Shown here: positions 13,670 through 27,535 of the stretch, piece after piece | How the letters are laid out: the number at the start of each line of letters is the position of its first letter | Position numbering within the stretch: the stretch's first letter is position 1 | Origin: Chiloscyllium plagiosum | Lineage: Eukaryota | Assembly: GCF_004010195.1 (NCBI RefSeq) | Contig: NC_057726.1 | Coordinates: 34,155,171-34,219,170 of the forward strand | Direction of reading: 5' to 3' | Length of the DNA stretch: 64,000 nucleotides | Position numbers and translations under genes: made by a program | Notes under the pieces: generated by a model | Database searches by the model: none | The model's input: only the letters and a program-made list of their open reading frames with translations | What the model was told of the DNA's origin: nothing

Positions 13670-13852
13670 CAAAAGTGAGGACTGCAGGAGATCAGAGTCG
13701 TAAGTGTGGTGCTGGAAAAGCACAGCAAGTCAGGAGAATTGAAGTTTCAGGCAAAAACCCTTTCCTGATGAAGGGCTTTCACTCGAAACGTTGATTCTCT
13801 TGCTCCTCAGATGCTGCCTGACCTGCTGTGCTTTTCCAGAACCACACTCTCA
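13670..13852. mobile_element. Short fold-back Penelope-derived element with degenerate hammerhead core
   Basis: Arms gtgtggtgctggaaaagcacagca / tgctgtgcttttccagaaccacac; CTGATGA AGGGC tttc ACTC GAAACG at ~13765-13790. Confidence 0.7.
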
Positions 13853-15599
13853 ACAAAGGAAAATGGCTGTGTTTGTTGGAACCCAATTTCAGCCCAGGAC
13901 ATGATTACAGCAGTTCTGTGGGTTGTCTCTTTGGCCAAACAATTTTCTGTTCCTTAAATAACTTGACCTCTTTCGTATATTTAGGAATAAGATTTGCATT
14001 GATAATTACAAATAATAATTTAATTCTTTCATGGGGATGTGGGCTGCACCACCGTTTATGGTCAATCCCTAATTGCCTTTGAGAAATAGTGGTCAACCAC
14101 TTTCATGAACTGCCACAGTCAATGTGCAATGTCCGGGAAGAGAGTTCCAGGACTTAAACTAAGTAATAATAAGTGAACAGCGATATGATTGCAAATCAGG
14201 ACGTGAGACTTAGAGGGGAACTTGTGAATATTAGTACCTACGTAGTTTGTTTACCACTGAGAAGGACAAGGTTAGGGCTGAGAGTTTGGAAACTTTGAAG
14301 ACCTTTGATGACCTGTTGTACTACATCTGGTAGATGGTAGACAAGGCTGTGACTGTGCAGTAGTGACAGTGGAAGACAATATTTAAGGAGATATTGGAGG
14401 TGCTGATCAAGCAAGTGTCTTTGTCCTGGATTCTGTTGAGTTACTTCAGTGTTGCTGGAGCTGTACTCATCCAGACAACTGGAGAGTATTCCATCAATCT
14501 GACTTGTACCTTGCAGATATAGGAAACATGAGAAACTACTCACCATAGAACCCTCAGGCTCCAACTAGCTCTTATAGTCAAAGTACTTATGTAGCCAACT
14601 GTGTGGATTTTAGTAAATCCTCAGACGCTGGGGTAGTGCATGCTTGCACATAGCAAGAGCTAGACACTATTTAGGCTTGGTCGATAAGTAGCATTGACAC
14701 CACACAAGTGCCAGGTGAACATCAAAAGAGAGAATCCAATCTTCCCTTGACTTTCAACCATAATACCACAATTGAAAACCCCCACCATTAACATCAGATA
14801 TTGAACTGGACCAGTTATACAATTATTTTTGCGAAAGAACAGTGAGTAACTCACATCTTGACGAACCACAGCCTTTCAATCATTTACAATGCAGCAGTCC
14901 AAAGTGTTATAATAATTTCCACTTGTCTGCACAAGTGCAATTCTATAATACTAAAGGCGCTCAAAAAAATGTACTATAAAGCAGCCCGATGATCCATATT
15001 TTGCTCAACACTCGTTGGACTATAACGTGCTGTTGTGTGATTTTTAACTTTGTTCACCCCAGTCCAACACCGACACATCCATTTCAATGCTACTGGAGGC
15101 TCACTAGTGCCTTCTTAGCAAAATGGAAGTTTTCACATCTCACGAATTTGCATTCTTGTCCAAAAGGAAAATAGTGGCATTTTACAACATTTCACCCACA
15201 GAAGTTCATCATTTAACAGAGAATGTGAAAATACCTATTCATCAACAGGTGAACTAAAGAACAGCGCTTTTATTTTTTTCTACATTTGACAAACTCTTTG
15301 AAATAATGAAATAAACACAAACTGCTGGAGAAACTCAGTCCTGTGACTTTTCTTCAGAACGCAGAGTTTCAGATTTCCGGCAGTTCTTTCTTTCACGTTA
15401 TTTGTAAAAATATTAACGATTTGTCAAAAACAAAATGGTTTAATTATGCTGTCTGCCAAATACCCGCCCTTCTCTCTTTCTTTCTACCGTCTTCGCCTAT
15501 CCACCCATTACTCACTTTACAAATTCTAGCAACAGAAGTTCACAATAAAATCGCCAGAGTGCTGAAAAAAGAAGAGTTTTTGTTTGGCACTGGCCTGAA

Positions 15600-15790
15600 A
15601 TTTTAAATTTACACCTTCGCCTCGTCCAGTGAGACTCGCCCCAACGAGAGCGTCGGTTACTTCTCGGAGGCGGCGTGCGCGAGAGCCGCTCCCACCGCGC
15701 CTGCGCTCTTCGAGGATCTTCGACCTGATTTTGAGACCGACCAACTTTGGCCTGCTTCTGGGCGAGCAGTGACTGAGGACCTGTGAATTC
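15600..15790 (-). promoter_or_regulatory. Small CpG island; candidate TDRD12 promoter / non-coding exon 1
   Basis: Clearest non-repeat CpG-dense patch upstream of TDRD12; NRF1-like GCGCCTGCGC at 15697-15706; possible minus-strand donor aag|gtgtaa or aaggt|gtaaat at 15611-15615. Confidence 0.5.
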
Positions 15791-16277
15791 ATCCTAGTTG
15801 TTACCAGCTATATCATCTCCTTCCATATTTGGATGTAATAGTTGTATTAGATATGTGTCAGATTTTTCCATGTCCAGTTTCATATTATTGCATAAGACAT
15901 AGGATCAGGAGTAGGACGTTCGGTCATTTGAGTCTGTTGTGCCCATCAATGAGTTCAATGCTGCTCTGACAATTCTCAACATCGGTCCCCTACAGTTTCT
16001 TTATAACCTTTGATTCCCTTATTGATTAAAAATCTATGTGTCTCAGCCATAAACATATTTAAGAATTCAGCCTCAACAGTTCTTTGTGGTAAGGCGTTCT
16101 GCAGATAGATTACCCTCTGAGACCTGTTAGGGGAGAGAATATTCTCATTCTTATCAGTAAGACATGCCTTTGGAAGCAAATTCACACCAACTCCATGTTG
16201 CACTGGAAGATGATGACAGGACGACACCATAAACTAGGAACCCATAATGGCCCATGTACATTTGAAAAATCATGAAC

Positions 16278-16476
16278 ATTTAGATTTAGATTTAGATTAC
16301 TTACAGTGTGGAAACAGGCCCTTCGGCCCAATAAGTCCACACCAACCCTCCGAAGAGCAACCCACCCAGACCTATTCCCCTGCATTTACCCTTTCACCTA
16401 ACACTACAGGCAATTTAGCATGGCCAATTCACCTAACCTGCAAATGTTTGGACTTTGGGAGGAAACTGGAGCACCC
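16278..16476 (-). mobile_element. HE1-type SINE, head-truncated
   Basis: Same body as 4319-4636 with (TTTAGA)n tail. Confidence 0.8.
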
Positions 16477-17642
16477 GTTTCACTGAAAGCATGTTGAATC
16501 ATTTTCTCAATTCCAACAATTCACAACTACTGTATCTTTTAAAAAAACTGAGTTCTAAAAGGGACTGGATCAGCTTGTGTATTTGATCTCTCACCAAAGA
16601 GATGTTATTGGATCTAATCCCTCCAATCCCTATTTTCTGTAAAGACTGAAAGTTCTCAGCGCCCATATGGAAATCAAACCAAAACTATGAATGTAGTGTA
16701 AAACATATTTGCCATCCTTAATACAAGATCATCAAGCAGCATTAATACTAATCAGTACCACAGACAATGATGTCCATGATAAAATATACAAACTTTACAT
16801 TATAAATATAAAATGAAAATTAAAATTCATTTTGAAAATAAATAGTTTTGTCAATTGGCAATACAGGCTCCAAATTAGCGTGCAAACTTGAATTTTCTAA
16901 TGTAGCAGTAGCTAATGACCAATTTGTACTAATTACAGAATTTTGTGCAAGTAAATTATGAGATATCAATTATAAACTAAAAGAACATGCTTGCAAAAAT
17001 ACAAGTTCCTTTGAAATCCATAAATTAAGTAAAGATAGTGTTTCATATGCATATTTTACATAATTGTAAATTATCTCTGCAAAATGTCTAGCAAAAAATG
17101 ACCATCAAAGGATATTCAGTCTTTAGGAAGGACTGACAAAATTTAAAAGGAAATGGTGTAGTGTTGTTGTGAAAGTAAATACAGTGCAATAGTGAAAAAG
17201 AATATTGACAAAGAAAATCAATAAGTGGAATCAATCTAGATTGAACTAAGGGTCAACATGGGCTGGAAACCATTTGTGGAATTTGAGTATAAGCCTCTAA
17301 ATACTAGAGGTAAGGTAGGGGATAGTTTAAATAGGAAATCAGAGATGCATGCAACACGATAATTATGGGTGACTTTAATCTACATTTGACACGGTGAACC
17401 ACATTGGCAATAATACTATAGTGGATGAATTCCCTGGCTCTGTACAAGATTTAGTTTAGGGGCCAGGTAGGCGACAGACTATCCTACATTTGATTTTATG
17501 CATCAGGAGGGTTAATTAATAATCTTGCTGTGAGAGATCCTGTGAGAAAAAAATAACAATAATACAATAGATTTTTTTGGGAATAGAGCGTGAAGTCAAT
17601 CTAAAACTGGGGTCTGAATTCTAAATGAGCAAACTACAAAGG

Positions 17643-17820
17643 TCTGAGGGGTGAATTTGTTTCCTGAAGATAGTGGACAGGCATTAGGAAGGTAGGATAT
17701 GAATCAGAAGACATGACATTTGATCTGCTTCTGAGGGGTGAATTTGTTTCCTGAAGATAGTGGACAGGCATTAGGAAGGTAGGATATGAATCAGAAGACA
17801 TGACATTTGATCTGCTTCTG
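17643..17820. repeat. Perfect 87-bp tandem duplication
   Basis: Unit starts at 17643 and 17730; copies appear identical. Confidence 0.95.
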
Positions 17821-17839
17821 TGGGCACAGAGTTTATGTG

Positions 17840-18690
17840 GCTGGTCCAGTTCTGAGTACAATGGGATCTTGATCAGATGGGCCCATGGGCCAAGGAATGG
17901 AAGATGGAGTTTCATTTAGATAAACATGAGGTGCTGCATTTTGGAAAAGCAAATCAGGGCAGGACTTACACTGAGTGGTAATGTCCAGGGGAGTGTTGCT
18001 GAACAAAGAGACCTTAGAATGCGGGTTCATATTTCCTTGAAAGTGGAGTCACAGGTAGATAAGATAGTGAAGAAGGCGTTGGTATGCTTGCCTTTATTGG
18101 TCAGTGCATTGAGTATCGGTGTTGGGAGGTCATTTTGCAGCTGTACAGGACCTTATTTGGCCACTTTTGGAATATCATGTGCAATTCTGGTCTCCCTGCT
18201 ATAGGAAGGATATTGTGAAACTTGAAAGGGTTCAGAAAAGATTTATGAGGATGTTGTAGAGTTGGAGGGTTTCAGCTATAGGGGAAGATTGAATAAGCTG
18301 GGGCTATTTTCCCACGTCGGAGGCTGAGGAATGACTTTACCGAGGTTTATAAAATCATGAGAGGGATGAATAGGGTAAATAGACAGTGTCTTTTCTCTGG
18401 AGTATGAGAGTCCAAACCTAGAGGGCATAGGTTTAGTGTGAGAGGGGAAAGGTATAAAAGGGATCAAAAGGCCAACTTTTTCATGCAAAGGGTGGTATGC
18501 GTACAGAATGTGCTGCCAGAAGATGTATTCGAGGCTGTGCAGTTGCAACATTTAAAGGCATGTGGATGAGTATATAAATAGGAAGGGTTTGGTAGGGCAT
18601 AGGCCAAATGCTGGCAAATGGGACTGGATTTATATAGGATATCTGGTCAGCATGGGCGAGTCGGACTGAAAGTCTGTTTCCGTGCTGTAT
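17840..18690 (+). mobile_element. CR1 LINE 3' portion (degenerate)
   Basis: CR1 ORF2 C-terminal patterns (EVLHFGK, RDL, LERVQKRF) and CR1 3' UTR; older endonuclease remnant upstream at ~17100-17640. Confidence 0.75.
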
Positions 18691-21600
18691 TCCTGATGAA
18701 GTGCTTTTGCCTAAAACGTCAATTTTCCTGCTCCTCGAATGCTGCCTGACCTGCTGTGCTTTTCCAGCACCACTCTAATCTAGTCCCCAGCTAGTTCTGG
18801 AGCAAAGCATTACCACCATTATGTTGGCACAGCTCATAGCTTTTGACCTTACTGCTGCAGTCAACCATTTCTTGATCTCACAAGTCAATTTGATTGTCTG
18901 GTTGTCATTCCTGAAACTAGCTTTGTACTCCCGGATTATTTAATTAACTACATTTAAATTCCTCTATTGCCATTGTAGAATTTGAGCTCATGTATCTGAA
19001 TCATTAAAACAGGTATCTAGATTACAAACAAAAACAGAAATTGCTGTAGAAACTAAGCAGGTCTGGTAACATCTGTGGAGAGAAAGCAGAGTTAACATTT
19101 CAAGCCCAGTTACCCTTCTTTAGAATTTTGAAGTTCTGAAGAAGGGTTACTGGACTGAACCATTGTAAATTATAAACATTTCAGTATGATTTTTGCACTC
19201 AGGTGCTGGAATCTTCCATTATTAAGGATGTAGTTTTCCATGGATCCTGTAGCTCCTATTAGTTGTTTGAAAGCCCACCACCATTCAAAGCTGGATGTGG
19301 CATGACTGCAGAGCACTGTTTATTGCATACAGCACCCATTGTTTAGCAAACATCAAATCTTGTAGCTTCACCAGATTGGCACTTTTTTTAAGTACACATG
19401 ATGGTGCTCATGCTATCCTCATTTACAACCTTTATGGAACTAGGATTGAAAATTTTATTGACGGTAAACTGAAGAATATGCTGTGCCATGTGTAGTTATA
19501 GATAGTAACAGAATGCTATTATATTTCTGCTACAATCAGACTGCATCTCATGGATTCCTTGTATTGAGCTGCTGTATTGATCTGAATTTACTCCAAGTGA
19601 CAAAATTAAAGTACATGGCAGGTGTCCTTAGTGTGAAGACTGGATTTCGTCTCCACAAAGACTTTGCAGTGATCACTCCAACTGTCATGTACTGATACAT
19701 CTTCGACAGGTAAATTGTTGAGAACAAAGGTTTTTACCTTTGATTTGGTTCTCACTTTAGTTGTAGTGACTTCAATCTGGCAGATGTGTTCTGATGCTTG
19801 AGAATACATAATATACACAAGGACTCTCAGGGCCATTTTGTCCTGACTGTATATCCCTGTACTACCAGTTCTGGTTCCTGTATCCTTTTCTACCAGATGG
19901 CAATGGAGGAGTTTGGAATATTGACTGGAAGATATGATTCCATGAGTATAACAGTGTAATTCTGTTTCTTGACTAATGTGTGGTACAAATCTCTGAATTT
20001 TGACACATGTCCCCAAATAAAGTAAGGAGGACTGGCAGCATGTACCTTTGTTGTGTCTGATTCCAGGTTGTTTGTCTCGTTTTATTCTTGTTAGATTTTT
20101 TTCATAAAGTTTGATACAATTGAGACTTACTGTATTTCTTTTCAGAGGCAGTGAACAGTCAACAATATTGCTGTGGATCTAGAATCCAATATACAATGAA
20201 CTGGGTAAGACTGCCAGTTTTTTTTTCCATAAAAATTTGAAGAGATGCGTTTTATGACACTCTGGTAGTTTCATGGTTACTGTTACAGACCTTATAGGGG
20301 CCTTTGTTTTTGCTTTATTAACTGAATTCATATTCTCTATCTGTCATGGTGAGATTTAACATTTGAATGCATGTCTCAGGATATATAGAAACATATGATA
20401 TATGAAATAGGAACAGAGGTAGATCATTCGGCTTCTTGAGCTCACTCCAACCATTCAGTAAGATCATGGCTGATTAGTTCATGTTTTGAATTCTGCATTC
20501 CCATTTACCCCTCAATGATCCTCAATTCTTTTGTTCAATAACAATTGATCTTAAAAATATTTAACAACCCTACCTTTGCCATCTTCTGAGTAGAGTTCCA
20601 AAGTCACATGACTCTCTGAAAGAAAACAATTTCTCCTCATCTCTATTCTGAACGTGTGACACCTAGTTTGGGACTGACTCACCAGAAGAAACATCCTTTC
20701 CACATTCACCTTGTAAAGACCACTGATGGTCTTATAGCTTCAATCAAATCCCCTGATGGTCTTCTAAATTCCAGTGGAACAAGTCCACCTTTCATCGTAG
20801 GCCATCCAGCTCATTCCAGGTAATAATCTAGTAAACCTGTCCTGAACTGCCTTTAAATCCTTTAAAACATAAGGAGAGACCAAAATTGCACACAGTATTC
20901 AAGATGTCATCTCATCAATGCATTGTATAACTGAAGCCAAACATCTTTACTTTTATGTTCAATTAACCTCGAAATAAAGAATAGCATCCATTAGCCTTCT
21001 TGAAGATGTACTGTGCTTGCATCAGAACGTTTTGTGAATTGTGCCACAGAACACTTAAATTCATCTGCAGCTTGAAACTCAGCAGCTTTTCTCTATTTAA
21101 TTAGTTTTCCACATTTTCATTTTTCCTGTCAAAGTGAAGCACTTCATATGTTTCCACATTTTGCTGTAATTATTGAATAATTTGGGTCTTCATGGTAATT
21201 CATAGTCTCTTGGTCACTATTATAAAATAGCCTCAAAGTTTATGATTAATTGAAATTAAATTCCACCAGCTGCCGAGGGGGATTTAAATATATGTCACCA
21301 GAGCATTAACCGGGTCTCTGGATTATTCATTGTAACATTACTACAAGGCCATGGCCAAATAATTCAATAAAGGAACTATTTCCTTTCACTCATGAAATTC
21401 AATGATTACTTCAAACCAACAATTTAAATACTGTTTTAAACAAGTATTTGTGTTCTAAATGAAAGTAAATACATTTACCATATAAGAGCCTTGGAATTTT
21501 TGATTCAGTTCATGACACAAATGTATGTTGTTGATATTATAATATCCCCATAATGATTCTCAGCATTATGACATCTGAGTCATAATTTATGATTTAAATG

Positions 21601-22419
21601 TATTATAATAAAATTATTTGTGAAATTATAGCAGTAAATTTGATTCTTTTGAGGCTTGTGAGATATGTGTTAATATCAAGATTGATTTTTATTTGCATTT
21701 GTGACTGGAAATGAAAAATGTATTTGTCCCACCTGCAGGTTTAATTTGTATTGGAGCTTGATCAACAGTAAAGATTACTGAGAGTGTCTTCCTAAATATC
21801 GTGAATTAAATGTAACATGCTTGACTAAATTGTTAACAGCACTCTAATCATAATGATCCAGTTGTACTAACTCAAGTTAGCACAGAGTTTGTAGAATTTG
21901 CAAAAATTCCAAGCTTCCAATATCTTGTGAATGGGAATGATACTTGCATCGAGTGGAAAAACAAACACCCAGTCAAAAGTTGAAATGCCTTGGAGGGATA
22001 CTGAATCATTGCTGCTGCTTGTATGCCATCCTGTTCTGTCATGAAAAGTCAGCTTCTAATTGCATTTGGGACTTTTGTCAGTTTAATCTAAGGTTTTGGC
22101 AAGCATACTTTTATGTGAAGAACATTGGTCTGCAAAGGTTGAAACTGCTCTGCTATATTTATGGGCTGGCACGCGAGATATGTTAATAACTTCAACATGC
22201 ATGTATATAGCAAGTGTACCGTAGGAAAATGAGCCAGAGCTTTTCACAGAAGCTGAGCTGGATGAAAATTCCATTCAGTCGTAGAAAATGAGATTAGGAG
22301 GGATTCATCAAAGACCTGAACTTTAATGAAAAGTAAAATGGTTAAGTGCAGATTAGGGAAGAAATTCCAGTACTTAGGGCTGAGATGGATTAGTGGTGGA
22401 GTGGAAAATGCAGAGTCTT

Positions 22420-23360
22420 AGAGTCATACAGCATGGAAACACCCAACTTGTCCATGTCGACCATGTTCCCAAACTAAAGTAGTCTCACCTGCCTGCATTT
22501 GGCCCATATCCCTCCTGTTCATGTACTTATCCAAATGTCTTTTAAATGTTGTAACTGTATCTGCATCCACCATTTCCCCTGGCAGTTCATTCCACACACT
22601 AACCACTCTCTGTGTAAAATGGTTGCCCCTCATGTCCTTTTTAAATCTTTCTCTTCTCACCTTAAAAACATGCCACCTAATTTTGAACTCCCCTACCTTA
22701 GGGAAAAGGCCTTAGCTAATCACCTTATCTCTGCTCCTCATGATTTTATAATCCTCAATAAGGTCACCTCTCAATCTCCTATGCTCCAGTGAAAAAAATG
22801 GTCCCAACCTATTTTTACAATTCAAACCCTCCATTCCTGGAAACATCTTGGTCAACCTTTTCTGAACCCTCTCCAGTTTAATAATATCCTTCCTATAACA
22901 GGGCGACCAGACTGCACAAAGTACTCCAAAAGAGGCATCACCAACATTCTGTAACACCCTCAACATGACATTCAAATTCCAATACTCAAAAATCTGAGCA
23001 ATGAAGGCAAGTGTGTTCAATGCCTTCTTAACCACCCTGTCTACCTTTGATGCAAATTTGAAAGAATTATGACCCTGAACCCCAAGGTCTCTCTGTTCTA
23101 CAACACTACCCAGCACTCTACCATTAATTATATTAGTCTTGCCTTTTTTTGTTTTACCAAAATACAGCACTTCGCATTTATCTTAAATGAATTGCATGTG
23201 CCACTTCTCAGCCCATTGATCCAATTGATCAAGATTTCTTTGTAACCTTATGTAACCTTCACTGTCCACTATACCACCAATTTTGGTATCAACCAAAATC
23301 TTACTAACCATGTCTACTATATTCTAATCCAAACCATTTATATAAATGACAAACTAATCC
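22420..23360 (-). mobile_element. CR1 LINE 3' portion
   Basis: ORF 22712..23170: EQRDLGVQ...WSPCYRKDIIKLERVQKR...RRLRGDLIE; CR1-type tail. Confidence 0.85.
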
Positions 23361-23784
23361 AAAGTGGCATATCTCTTTAACGGAGGAATGGCCACAGGAG
23401 ATTTCTGCACTGTCTGCGAGTCCTATTCCCCTTCGACCTGCAGAGTTTTAGTCTGCAGTGTGACTACCTCTTTGTACCTTCTATCCAGCATACTCTCAGC
23501 TTCATGGATGCTTCATAGTATCCCCAGCAACTGCTCCAGCTCTGAAATGCAGGCTTTCAGGAGCTGTAGCTGGAAGCAGAAGGATCTTGTTATAGAGGGG
23601 CAAGGAGTTCTTGGAAGGCTGCAGGCCTGGAAAAGGTTACAGAAAGATGGGGAAATCAAGCGAGATGGTAGAGAGGCAAAGCTGCTTATGATCAGCCTAT
23701 ATATGGAGCCTAACAATTATGTTGCCACACAGGAGAGGATGAATAAAAGAAGTCTAAAAGTGGACCCTTCTCAAATGCCAAAAT

Positions 23785-24100
23785 TCATAGAATCCCTCAT
23801 GTAGAAGCAGGCCATTTGGTCCATCGAGTCCACACTGACCCTCTGAACACATTCCCACCCCATCCCTGTAACCCTGCATTTCCCATGGATAATCCATATA
23901 ACTTACACGTCCTTGGATATTATGGGCAATGTAGCATGGCCAATTCACCTAACCTGCACATCTTTAGACTGTGGGAGGAAACCAGAACACCCAGACAAAA
24001 CCCATGCAGACATGGGGTGAGTGTGCAAATTCCATACAGACAATCGTCTGAGTGTCCCTAGCGCTGTGAGATAGCAGTGCTAGCCGCTATGTCACCCCAC
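23785..24100 (-). mobile_element. HE1-type SINE
   Basis: agcatggccaattcacctaacctgcacatcttt core shared with other copies. Confidence 0.8.
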
Positions 24101-27100
24101 AAGAACAAGACAGGAAAAAAAAACTACTTCAGGGGATTCTCTGGTTAAGATTGAATAGGTATGAGTAAAATCAAGTAATGGTAATCCAGTTAACTGAACA
24201 ACAGAAAATGTATTAAAAGAGGATGGTGTGATCGGCAATGTCAAAGGTTTTGCGTATCATGAATACAATCAACTAGATTTTTGGCATTGACTTTAATTGG
24301 GTCTTAAACATTGCTAAAGAGAGGCATGAAATCCAATTTTGTTTTGTCTTGCAATGATCAGAACTGAAAGACAAGCAAATTTACTTAGAAAGGAAAGGAC
24401 AATTTAGGCAGAATATAAATAGGGTGCTGATTGGCTGGTCTACGGTTAGTAAGGAGATGCAGCAGGAACTGTTGACTGTTCCAGATCAAATTCAAACAAG
24501 ATAAGCTAATCTTTGTTAGAGTGTTGCCATGGGGATGCAGTGTGATTGACTGTGTCCTTGGCACTTTTTTCATTACAGTTCAGAATACAAGCACAAGGTT
24601 AATATAAAAGTTCAGATAGACATAAAAATATACAAAAAGAACATACTTTAATTTTTTGCATTATACAAGATTGGTTATCTGGAGGCTGAAGGCTGTGGAT
24701 CTTCGCTCAACTCGTACAGCTGTGGAGGTTAAAGGTTGAAGATTGTCAGGTTGCTCTTCTGCTGCTTTGTAGGTGAAGGGTTGAATATCCATGGGGACAG
24801 TTTTTAAACTCTTCTTCAACCTTAGTCAAAGCAGTCACTGGCCAAAATGAATTGAACAAACAGGAATTTGCCCAGGAATGCTGCGTTTTGACATGCATTT
24901 ATTCCTCTGTGCTGATGGTACTCAAATATGAACTGTGTTAATGCAAATCATAAGAACATAAGAACTAGGAGCAGGATTAGGCCATCTGACCCTTTTAGCC
25001 TGCTCCTCCATTCAATAAGATCACGGCTGATCTTTTCGTGGACTCAGCTCCCTTTACCCACACTCTCACTTTATCCCACTGGGCAGGAAATTCCATAGAT
25101 TTACAACTCTCTGGATGAAGAAGTTCCTTCTCAATTCAGTCCTAAATCTGCTTCTTCTAATCTTGAGGCTATGCACTCTTGTCTGAATTTCACCTACCAA
25201 TTGAAATGTCCTCCAAACTATTTCATAGTTTTATGTTTCTGTAAGATCCCCCCTCATTCTTCTGAATTCCAATGAATATAATCTCAATGTACTCAGTCTC
25301 TCCTCATAAGCCAACCCCTTCAACTTCAGAATCAATCTAGTGAACTTCCTCTGCACTCCCTCCAGTGCCAGTACATCCTTTCTCAAGTAAGGAGACCAAA
25401 ACTGCGCACAATACTCTAGGCATGGCCTCACCAGCACCCAGTACAACTGCAACATAACCTACCTGCTTTTAAATTCAATCCCTTTAGCAATGAAGGACAA
25501 AATTCCATTTGCCTTCCTAATTGCTTGTTGTACCTGCAGACCAGCCTTCTGTGATTCATGCACAGGGACACCCAGGTCCCTCTGCACAGCAGTATACTGC
25601 AACTTTTCACTATTCAATTAATAATCCTTTTTACTGTTACTTCTAACAAAATGGATGACTTCACATTTATTAACATTGTATTCTATCTGCCAGACATTTG
25701 TCCACTCAAAGTATCTATGTTTCTTTGCAAAGTTTCACAGTCCTCTGCACACTTTGCTCTGCCACTCAATTTAGTATCATCTGCAAACTTTGACACCCGA
25801 CACTCCCAGAATCATCTATATAGATTGAGAATACTTGCAGTCCCAGCACCAATCCCTGAGGCACACCACTAGTCACTAATTGCCTGCCAGAATAGCACTC
25901 ATTGATCTGGTCTTTGCTTCCTGGCAGTCAACTAATCCTCTATCCATGCTAATACTTTACCCCTAATGCCATGCATCCTTACCTTATGCAGCAGCCTCTT
26001 GTGTGGCACCTTGTTGAAGGCCTTTTGGAAATCTAGGTACACCACATCCACTGGATCCTGTTGTCCACCTTGCTCATAATGTCTTCATAGAATTCCAAAA
26101 GATTAGTTAAGCATAACCTGCTCTTCATGAACCCATGCTGCATCTACCCAGTGGGACAATTTCTATCGAGATGCCTTGCTATTTCTTCCTTGATAATAGA
26201 CTCAAGCGTCTTCTTCACTACAGAGTTTAAGTTAAGTTAACTGGTCAATGATTATCCACCTTTTGTCTACCTCCCTTTTTAAACAGTGACGTCACATTTG
26301 CTATTTTCCAGTCTGCTGGGACTGCCCTAAGAGTCCAGCAAATTTTGGAAAATTACCGCCATTCTCCCGCCATCTCTTTTAGTACCCTGGGATGCATTCC
26401 ATCACGGTCAGGAGACTTATCAATCCTTACCTCTTTCATAATAATGATTGTTTCCGGGCCCTCACCTACTTTGTCTCTTTGTCAATTTATTATGTTATTC
26501 ATGTCCTGCACTGTGAAGACCAATACAAAATACCTATTCAATGCCTTGGCCATTTCATCATATCCCATAACTAAATGCCCCTCCTCATCCACTAAAGGAC
26601 CAACATTTACTTTAGCTACTCCTTTATATTTTATACATTTATAGAAACTTTTGCTCTGTCTTTATATTCTGTGCTAGTTTTTTTCTCATATTCGATCTTA
26701 CTTTTCTTTATAGTTCTTTTTGTGGCTTTCTGTTGACCTTTAAAGTTTTCCCAATCTTCTATTTCATGTTGTTTTTGGCCACTTTGTATGCCTTCTCTTT
26801 CAATTTGATAGCCTCCCTTATTTCCTTAGACACCCAAGGCATTTATCCCTTTTCTTACAGTCCTTCCTTTTCACTGGAATATAGTTTTGCTGAATATTTT
26901 GAACAATTGCTTTGAAAGTCCTCCACTACTCGTCAACTGTCCCACAGTAAAATCTTTGTTTCCAATCTATTTTAGCCAAGTCCTCCCTCATTATGTTGTA
27001 GTCTCCCTTGTTTAAGCACAGGACTCTAGTACTGGATTTTATCTTCACACTCTCTCTATCTGTATTCTAAATTCAACCATACTGTGATCGCTCCTTCCAA

Positions 27101-27535
27101 GAGAATCCCTAACTATAAGGTCATTAATTATTTCTGTCTCATTACACAGGACCAGATCTAGGATAGCTTGCTCCCTCATTGGTTCCATTACATACTGTTC
27201 AAGAAAACTATCACAACTACACTCTATTTACTCCTCCCCAAAGCCACGCTGACCAAGCTGGTTCAACCAAGCAAGATGTAGATTAAGATCCTCATGATAA
27301 TTGCCATTCCATATTACTGGCATTAGTTATTTCTTGGTTTATTGCCTGCCTCAATGTGATATTATTTGGTGGCCTATAGACTACGCCTAACAGTAACTTT
27401 TTCTTTTTAGAATTTCTAATTTCCACCCAAATGAATCCCATCTTATTGTCCATTGAATCTATATCATCTCAGCACCACTCTGATGTTGTCCTTGAATATC
27501 AGAGCTACACCACCTCCCTTACCTTCCTGTCTGTC

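Noticed and set aside
15526-15792. 88-aa ORF over the CpG patch as possible PDCD5 exon 1 or NUDT19
   Set aside because: No similarity to either; GC-rich DNA gives open frames by chance
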